A stretch of 64,000 bases of DNA, from positions 16,817-80,816 of the forward strand of contig JAAPAO010000093.1 in the NCBI GenBank assembly GCA_013115145.1, read 5' to 3'. The first letter of the stretch is position 1, and each line of letters begins with the position of its first letter. This document shows, in pieces, positions 55,910 through 64,000 of the stretch. The notes under the pieces were generated by a model, which was given only the letters and a program-made list of their open reading frames with translations, had not been told where the DNA came from and made no database searches. The position numbers and the translations under genes are program-made. Source of the stretch: Perkinsus chesapeaki ATCC PRA-425 (lineage: Eukaryota; Protista; Perkinsozoa).

Positions 55910-56942
55910 TTGGTTAAGCTTTTACTTGCTGGATTAGCATTGATATGCGCTTCATGCTACATCAGTGTTCTTCTATACTCAGCGATACAATTGCGACAGT
56001 GGTTAACCCATCCGTTAGCGGGTACCACTGGCTTTACTCGCATTGTCGTAGTGAAACGTTCGTTGTCTACCGCAGCGGCTCATAGCTTTCAGTGTCACGC
56101 GTATGAAGACAAGGGTATCGTTCGCACAATGTGCGACGCACATTCCTGGCTTGTTATGGTAGAGACGTCTGTCCTTTTCACTGATGGCCTGCCTGTCGGT
56201 GAGGAGCAGGCTATGCAGGTATTTGTGCCCACTGTGCCTGATGATCAGTGAAGGTCTCGACTTCGAATATGGCTCACAATGTTCCCTATGTAGAGGCCCA
56301 ATTAAAAAAGGCCAGTACCTTGTGCCCGGTAAGGATATATGGGACCTTCCGTTAGCGTATACCAGTCAGTTCAGGCCATGTATATTCCTCGCATGGTGCA
56401 GAGCAGAGCTCGATTCAAAAGAATAAGGGCATCGCTCATTGCCCTTGTGTTTTGCAGTGTGCTCTTTCTAAAGTACAGATGGTCAGAAGCCTTTCCGCTG
56501 CAAGGGATTGTGCGTGGTTCAGGTTGAGTGGTTCAAGCTGATACATAGTTCGACTGGTGGATCGATTGAGTTCGAGGTTCTGGAATCTCATGGAGACTTC
56601 AGTATTACCTCCGGAACCGAGTCGTAAGGAAGGAACTGCTCTCGAAGTTGGATCCTGCGCTCAGTTATCGATTGCCAGCAACCCAGAGTAGTAAGTGCTG
56701 TTATTGCTTGGAGCCCCTCGATCCTTTGGAGAGGGTTTGTGTTCAACAATGTTCACGTGCAGATTGCTCTAGTGCTTGGCATGTGGGTTGTAACCCGCCG
56801 AAGTCGTACTTGCTCTTTGCTAACGAGCATGAAGCTCGGGCGTTCTCTCACCATGAGTGCGGTTCGAGACATTGATTCTCAAGTGGACTCTCAGTTTCTC
56901 ATCTGTACGACTAATTGTGTTCACAACGGTGGAATTTGCTAG
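55910..56942 (+). CDS. Probable PHD/RING-like zinc-finger protein (exon structure unresolved)
   Basis: CSLC...; CCYC...CVQQCSRADCSSAWHVGC fits a C4-H-C-type spacing. Start and end are uncertain. Confidence 0.45.
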
Positions 56943-57272
56943 CCATCCTTTCTGCCAAATTGTCGATTCCCGATGTCTCAAATACCGCTTACCACTCGAA
57001 ATACTGATTACTAATTACTAATTAGCGATATCAAGTTCGTAATATGAACGACGGCTCGTTCTCGAGGGCCTCCTGATAAAAGTTGATGTGCAATTATAAC
57101 ACACCATGATTACACTGTAGTCCAGGATTATTGGTCCTGACTCAACTTTTCATGGCTGTTTGACACGAGGTTTCTTAATGCAGGATTTGCGATGTGTTGT
57201 CGGGCGGTATGTCATACGGTAGTACCGTTTTGTATCAAAGAACGTACTATCATAGTACTACTATGCCCCCTT

Positions 57273-57986
57273 CAAATGCTACCCACTGCGTCTACTTCAT
57301 TGGTAGCAGCTACTAACTCGTCCGTGAAGCCCCAGGGCTGAGCCCTGAGGGCCCTTTCCAGGCCCTGACAGGGCCGCCCTGGGCTCTACCGAGTAGGCCC
57401 TACAATGGGGAGGGTATGACATCCCAGATATCAAGTACGTATTTAAGCGCGTTAGTTTGCTTTTGATAAATTTATCATCAATTTGATGAAATTTCTGCCT
57501 CAGGTTATGAGCTGTCCGTTGAATTTAAAGACTTGAAAATGCTGTTTTGAAAGTTAAAGATTAAAGACTAACCGAGGCGCGTTGCGTTCAAGGAACTGAA
57601 CCGGATAAACCGTGTACTCTGTTGATGTAGCTGATACCGTATGTTGTATACGAATTGGCAAATCACGCTTGGTAATTGCTAATGTTATTTTAGTCCAGTG
57701 AAGGCGGCTCATCAGGAAATTTCAGGGCTCCTTTATGAGTATTTTAAAGATGAGTAATGAGGCATGATCACACAATTTGTGATCATGCCTCATTAGTAAT
57801 CAGTCATTACTCATTTTTGTGACATTGTGCCTCATTGTGTGACACAATGCGGCATTGTCAATGCTTTCTCGTGATATGATTTTCATATTATGACATTATT
57901 TCAGAAAATATCTTTTTCACAAATGCTACCCACTACGTCTACTTCATTGGTAACAGCTACTAAGTCGACGGTGGAGCCCAAGGGCT
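57273..57986 (+). repeat. Pair of ~67-bp imperfect direct repeats (57273-57339 and 57920-57986)
   Basis: CAAATGCTACCCACT(G/A)CGTCTACTTCATTGGTA(G/A)CAGCTACTAA... occurs twice, 647 bp apart. Confidence 0.9.
57755..57795. repeat. Perfect hairpin (18-bp arms, 5-nt loop)
   Basis: TAATGAGGCATGATCACA-CAATT-TGTGATCATGCCTCATTA. Confidence 0.95.
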
Positions 57987-59669
57987 CTCCCGAAGCCCCG
58001 GGAGACCAACTAAGCGAAGTAGGTGCTTTCACTGTATTGTTTGCGGTGCAGGGAACGGGCTATAGTTCTCATTTCCTTCGTTTCAGGGCACGGAGCGATT
58101 GTTGGGGCCAGTCTTTTCAAACCGATGCTTTCACGCTCACACTCAAGTGTTTCGTTAAGTTGCCGTCGTAACGGCATCGCCGTTTACCCCCACTACCATA
58201 ATATGTGTTATAGGAGGAGAGCATGTTCTCTGAACATGCTGAACATCGCTCAGCTAGACGCGATTCGGAGTCTGAATCTCTGACGGGTGACTCATCGGTG
58301 GCCTCACTTTCACTTTCCGTGCTGTTAGAGTTATACAACCTCTTTTAATAATTAGGGTGTTGGCGGGACTTGAGGTCAATGGGAAATTCCCATTGGGAAT
58401 TCACGTGGTCGACCGTGGTCCACGGTCCGTGGATAACTGAGTCCAAGGCATGGCCTGTACCCGACGATTAATTCAAGACTCCTGAATTTCAGGAATATAA
58501 ACATATACGATATACTTCCGGTTATACTGTAGACTATAACTCACAGTGCTGTGATAGCGGATTGTAGTCTATGGTCATAGACCATACCATAGCTACTACA
58601 TAGTGCTAGTACGGTTAAGAGTATGTCGCTTCCCTTCATGTAACAGAATATTCGTTCGCTATGGCATATCGCAATTCAATTGAATAAGCTTTTTGGTTGT
58701 GATCATTTTATTTTCGTGACCTCATCAGAAACATTTTCTGGTGTATTCTCAATGACAATTCTCATGTATTCCTCTCCTGTTTTAGGCCAGGGTCCGCTGG
58801 GGCCCAGCACCTCGGCTCTGCGTGTTTCTTTTGGATACTTTTTCAATCCCATTTCATCTGTTCTGATGTAGTACCATTATTATAATAATGCCATTATAAT
58901 GGATTAGGTGCTCCTGATCTCTTGTATGCGTGCGGACGTGTGCGTGCCATTGGAGGCGTTCCATAAAATAGCCTATATAAACGTTTTCTCTTATCTTCGT
59001 TTCCTCATTACTTCTTGTCATTGTTCTTAAAAAGCCTCTATACTTGTTTCCTGTGTTGGTGAACCCACAATACATCGAGTCCGTGGCTATGACGTTTGCA
59101 GTCTACATGATGCGAACTCTCGCTCGCCCCCTCCCTGCGTGACGCGGCACTCATTACGCTGAGTTGATGAATTTAAGTGTTATTTGTGCAGGCCTCGGTT
59201 TGGAATCATTATAAATCGCTTCGTATAATATTCTATAGAAGCCCCTTAAATCAGAGGTCTGTAGGTTAGTAACTTTGCCAGTCAATTATTGACTGTCAGT
59301 AGAGTAATTTGTTTAACGGCGCTTGCAATACTGTGCGTTGTTCATTGCCATCCGAACATTTGGAAGTAATGCGAGCCCTCCTTGTTTCAGTTGGTCTGCG
59401 CCCAGTGGCCTTTTTATGCCGGGTCGTCGTTGCTACGTCCCCCCATTGTCCGAGTCCCCAGTAAATCACATCTCTATTAAACTAATGATGGTGACCTCGT
59501 GTTCTTATACAACATGGTAATTGGCTATACTATGTACAATGTGGACTGCGCTTCCCGACATGAAAGGCTTGCCTTTTCGGAGATGCTCGCGGCTCCTCCC
59601 GAGAGCGTTCGGGTCGAAGAAGGATCTTTCTAGACACTCGACTCGCTCCGTAGTACGGTCTGTCCGGTA

Positions 59670-60440
59670 ATCCCTTCATCAAAGTTGTGCTGCCTAGAAC
59701 GCAGCAACATAAGTCTTGTCTGCTCTTAATGAGCCCTTTTACTACCCCGTAAAGTCCCCTACTTGGCCAGAAAATACGTCCCGTTCGAGAAGGCCTTGAC
59801 CGAAGTTTGCTGCCTAGAAAGCAGCAACAGAAGTTCTATCCATTCTTAACAAGCCCTTGGTCTACCTCCAAGGGGCTTCGGCCCGTAACATACCCTACTT
59901 GGCCAGAAAATACGTCCCGTTCGAGAAGCCCTTGACCGAAGTTTGCTGCCTAGAAAGCAGCAAAACAAGCCCTGTCCGTTCTTAACAAGCCCTTGGTCTA
60001 CCTCCAAGGGGCTTCGGCCCGTAACATACCCTACTTGGCCAGAAAATACGTCCCGTTCGAGAAGCCCTTGACCGAANNNNNNNNNNNNNNNNNNNNNNNN
60101 NNNNNNNNNNNNNNNNNNNNNNNNNNNNNNNNNNNNNNNNNNNNNNNNNNNNNNNNNNNNNNNNNNNNNNNNNNTCCGTCCTTAACAAGCCCTTGGTCTA
60201 CCTCCAAGGGGCTTCGGCCCGTAACATACCCTACTTGGCCAGAAAATTCGTCCCGTTCGGGAAACCCTTGACCGAAGTTTGCTGCCTAGAAAGCAGCAAC
60301 AGAAGCCCTGACCGCACTCTACCAGCCTTTGGCCGAGGATCAACGGCCTTTGGCCTCCAAATACTTTACTTGGCCGGAAGATATGTCCAGTTCCAGTACC
60401 CTTGACCGAAATGTGCTGCCCACTAAGCAGCAGCATGAAC
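59670..60440. repeat. 136-bp tandem satellite with degenerate edge units, interrupted by an assembly gap
   Basis: CTACTTGGCCAGAAAA recurs at 59759, 59895, 60031 and 60231, with a degenerate copy at ~60367. Confidence 0.95.
60077..60174. other. Assembly gap (run of N)
   Basis: 98 consecutive N inside the satellite. Confidence 0.99.
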
Positions 60441-61190
60441 CCTGACCGCACTCAAGAAGGCTTCGGCCAGTTTCCTCAACTGGTTGAACGTCATCGACGA
60501 ATGAGACTCGGTCACGGAGTCGATGACCTCAGAGTACCATTTCGGTGCTCTAATATTTTCTTTCAGAACCATTAAGTTGTCCGCTCCATGATGAGTTGGA
60601 CCAGGAGCGGATATATGCTCGCTCTTACGAAGCCTGCAGATTGTTCGGTGATGCCGCTAGCGCGGAAAAACCTATTGTAAGATTTGCTGGTTTCACAGTA
60701 CTGTGTCTTGGGTTCTCCAGTTGTACCAGTAGCTCGAATCGCCAGACAGGATATACTATTCCCTCTCGCAACTTTTCCCGAAAATGTAATTGCACATTAC
60801 CGAAACACGCGTGTATAAGTTGAAGAGACTCGTTTTGGCTGGTACTCATGCTCTGGCTATTCGTGATTTCGCAGCCGCATGTGACAGGCGCGACCGACGG
60901 TTCTATTTGCCACCACTGTGATTACTGTAGTTGCCGTATTTGGTCGTGTGAATGATACCCTTTGGCTCATGTGTTGAAGATGCAAAGACTTACGGTTTGG
61001 AAACATGGTTCGGTTATTGGACTTCCATACTCCAAGTAGTCCGTATATTTATTCAGTTTCTAGGTGAAAGTACAACGGTTATAATCAATGCCTGTCAATC
61101 ATATAGCGGACGAATTGCCCAGGTCAACGACATGTTGGGGGAGGGCAGCCGGGCTGCCGCAGTCCCAAAATAGCATAGCGTTTATGATAC

Positions 61191-61889
61191 ATGATGAATC
61201 CCTTGTTTCTGCTAGTGTATTCCTTATGTCCTACTGAAATGTCATGCGGTCTCTATATCCCTGGTCTATGCAGCAATTGTTCAGGCCGTAAGGCTATGAT
61301 GCTTCAGCAGCTGTGCAATAGACTCCATGTCCCCTGCAAGCTTTACAACTACCCAAATTGGGATTGTCCGGAGCAGTTGGACTACTTTGATATGTACGGT
61401 GCTGCTAGAAATGCACTACTAGACGTTGCATCGCCGCAGCGACCAGCTGTGGTGTTGGCGGCATCCATGGGATGTCACTTTAGCCTTCGTCTTGCCCTGG
61501 AGCTCCCAGATTTAGTGGCGGCAATTGTGTCGGTCGGTGGTACGTTCAACCCGGGCTCAAGGTGGGAGGCGAATGATATGAGCGACTGGATATCTGTTAC
61601 TTCACCGTATGCTGCCGATGAAGGAGTCTATAAACTACAGAGGAAGTTCCTGAGTGACCTCCGGGCTAACTACATAGCCGAATTCGCCGATCTGCTTTTA
61701 CCGGTAGATGTGGTTCATGGAACGAGTGACGAGAGCGTCCCTGTTGAAACTGGCGAGAAGCTGGCAAAACTTCTTCCTAATGCCAAGCTATATCTGATTG
61801 AAGGAGGAGACCATAGACTCAGCTCGGATGCCGAATTGAAGATTATCGAATCTTTGTTAGAGCGTCATATCCACGCCAGAGATGCATAG
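61191..61889 (+). CDS. Alpha/beta-fold hydrolase (ABHD10-like), intronless
   Basis: Nucleophile elbow VLAASMG, VHGTSDESVP (acid) and IEGGDHRLS (His). The start may be 61239 (MSCGLY). Confidence 0.88.
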   Translation: MMNPLFLLVYSLCPTEMSCGLYIPGLCSNCSGRKAMMLQQLCNRLHVPCKLYNYPNWDCPEQLDYFDMYGAARNALLDVASPQRPAVVLAASMGCHFSLRLALELPDLVAAIVSVGGTFNPGSRWEANDMSDWISVTSPYAADEGVYKLQRKFLSDLRANYIAEFADLLLPVDVVHGTSDESVPVETGEKLAKLLPNAKLYLIEGGDHRLSSDAELKIIESLLERHIHARDA

Positions 61890-63599
61890 TGCGACAGTGG
61901 GGGCCAAACGGTGGCGAGAGTATAATTTGCGTCGTTTACTTTTTGGTGTCAGCCTTGTGCAGCTTCGAGTTGTCGTATACGACTTTGCGTTCTTCCAATA
62001 CTAAAACACCAAGTCTTCTCAGCCTATCTCGTCAGCCACTCTGATTTGGCTCCACCGACTCAATGGTTCTACGCCAAATATATTCTTACTCACCTCGCGG
62101 CGCGGTAAGTCGGGCGAGGTCCTCGCCCTACTTGCGGCGCTGGGCGCGTCACCTACTCCACCCGCGCGAATGAGGTGTTCCTGTTTCTTGAAGAAGAGTA
62201 GTCCTATAGCGAGTCTGAGGCTACCTGTTTTATCTTCTGTCAGGGGGGGCTCAGGCTAGGGCTTCTGATATACCACGTATAAGATCTGCCTGAGCAGTAT
62301 ATACTAATTCACGCGCAAGCAGATGCATTGTTCATTGGCTGAAGCAACTTCCCTCTGGGGTACATTGTATCCCGACTCGGGATACCCGAGCCCGTTGTTC
62401 TGAATAAATTCTACTTCTTCTCAGTTGGGTTTCCGCCTATTCCCGGCTGCGTATGGTCACTCGCTATTATCGACGGTATGGCGGCAGTACTACGGCCTCA
62501 ACTTGCTAATAAACCAGGGGCATGGTGGTGAGCTCCTCAAGCTGAGGAGCAATCACTGGATCCTAGTGCTAGTACACAAATCATGAGTGAGCTAAGATTC
62601 ATTTTCGAAAGTAGAAATGGTATGATATGAATATAAATTATACTCGTATTATATAATAATAAATGTAGTGAATAGAAAGGTATAGAGCATTATATCGAGG
62701 AAAGCATGGAGAACAAGGAGCGTACCTCTTTCCCGTGCATACAGGGGTGCCCTTGCTAACCTTAGCGAGCACAACTCTTCTACATTCACACGCGAGTACA
62801 ACTTGGTCCGTCCTGAATATGCCTTCCACGGACAATCACCCAAAGAAAACTTCATTGAGTGAAACCATGGTGACTTACGCACCTATTTTAAATCCAGCTA
62901 CGCAGACGATGAGAAGATTGTCTGGGAGATGGCAACTTCGTTGAAAGTTTTCGCGCGCTTGATGTGAAGTGCTACCTTCCGGTTTATTGAATAAACTTTA
63001 TTCTGCCTCGCTGGTTCCACCGATGTCTCAGGCATCATGCCTGGGGGACACTGTCCACTCCATCCACTCATCTTAGCTGTTATGACGAAGCTGCTGTCCT
63101 TCGGAGAGTCTCCATGGCTTGCTTTCTATATTGGCGAGTTTGTGCGTCGGCCCGAAGCACTTGGCCGGGTCAAGTTGTTCCGACCAAGGCATTGCAGTTT
63201 GCAACTCATTTACCATACATGACGATGCACATGTGCGTGAAACGGTGTAGGCGGCTTTATCGACATCATGGAGAGCTAGTTACTGAATATATCTGAGGGA
63301 ATATTGATCTGCTCTGGGCTATGTTAATTTGTTCTGGGCTTAGGGCCAATTTGGTACTGGCTTTCATTAATTAGATCTTGAAATGGTCTAGTCTAAAGCT
63401 ACCACGGCGAAGACATTATCCCGGTCACGTCGGATATCTCTGGCGCTCCGATGGGTGTAGTGGCCTGGGTGAGCAGCTTGAACATATCTAGGCTGTTTGA
63501 TAGTCGAATCCGGAGCTGTTTTACTCTCCAAAAATGTCTTTTCACAGGTACTGAATCCTCGCACGTGTGGGAAGAACTCATGACCGACTAAACGCACTG

Positions 63600-63901
63600 C
63601 CATAAAGACCTCGAGAATAAGCTGATTAATGAAAATCTTGAGCTTTTAATGATGACTATGTCTATTCGTGGGGGGGGCTTGCTATAGCCTTATCCACTCG
63701 CTGTTTCCCCACATAGGAGAGTCATATCGGCCAGATCAAGAGCAAGCATGTACTAAAAGTGCACGCAAGCTCCCAGCTACAGGACTGACTAAAGCATGAA
63801 TCATAAAGAAATGGACTGATGTTGGTTCTGTATAGACTTCATGTATTGACCCCAGAACCTCGGCCGATCGAGTACCACCGAAACCGACATCTACTAATCT
63901 T
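63600..63901. repeat. Sequence homologous to the 3' end and downstream flank of secreted-family copy 1 (~1660-1985)
   Basis: Shared colinear blocks: gagaa.a.gctgattaatgaa, tgcacgcaagctcc...ctacagg, gttggttctgta...tgaccccagaacct.ggccga. Confidence 0.8.
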
Positions 63902-64000
63902 CTACGCGTGATCTAGCACCAGTAGATGGGATGAGTAAACAGCCGTCATCTCGTCTGCATCTTCATAATACTCTAGGCGTTGTAGATCCCCATCTGCAGC
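63902..64000 (-). CDS. 3' end of secreted orphan family copy 3 (5' part outside the window)
   Basis: The reverse strand reads AADGDLQRLEYYEDADEMTAVYSSHLLVLDHA*, matching ADDGNLDHLLYDEDLDVLVGVYSSCAIALQR of copy 1. Confidence 0.75.
   Translation of the reverse strand, partial: AADGDLQRLEYYEDADEMTAVYSSHLLVLDHA

Noticed and set aside
58100-59100. Short protein-like ORFs in the gene-poor zone
   Set aside because: Fragmented, with no consistent exon chain or known motif. Possibly decayed remnants, but unsupported.
59670-60440. CRISPR array or coding repeat
   Set aside because: Units are contiguous 136-mers with no unique spacers, there are no cas genes, and the context is eukaryotic. ORFs across the array shift frame every unit.
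60590-61173. Possible small spliced gene upstream of the hydrolase
   Set aside because: Some splice-like signals are present, but I could not build a coherent frame or recognise a motif.

Overview
Gene-dense eukaryotic DNA with many short (about 40-60 nt) GT-AG introns. Gene content, intron style and the intronless secreted orphan family point to an alveolate, most likely Perkinsus (inference). Housekeeping genes are kinesin-13, DJ-1, TANGO2, a PARP1-type enzyme, a calmodulin/myosin-light-chain-like protein, UDP-sugar pyrophosphorylase, TRAP1, the ribonucleotide reductase small subunit, SRP68 and an alpha/beta hydrolase. There are three intron-associated tRNA genes (1 Glu-CTC, 2 Asp-GTC). Accessory content: (i) a 34.8-42.3 kb intron-poor block of bacterial-type membrane lipid-modifying enzymes, with a CrtEb/lycopene-elongase-like UbiA prenyltransferase and two apolipoprotein N-acyltransferase (Lnt)-like genes that keep the E-K-C triad; (ii) four tandem stand-alone Cys-rich YccF-domain genes; (iii) three copies of a secreted orphan family, one nested antisense in a kinesin intron; (iv) an uncharacterised alpha/alpha-toroid-like protein; (v) two local partial duplications; (vi) a near-identical 21-nt motif upstream of two unrelated genes; (vii) a gene-poor 57-60.5 kb zone rich in perfect micro-hairpins that ends in a 136-bp satellite spanning an assembly gap. 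Exon joins were made by eye, so ends of spliced genes are approximate where noted. Family assignments rest on recalled motifs, not on database searches.
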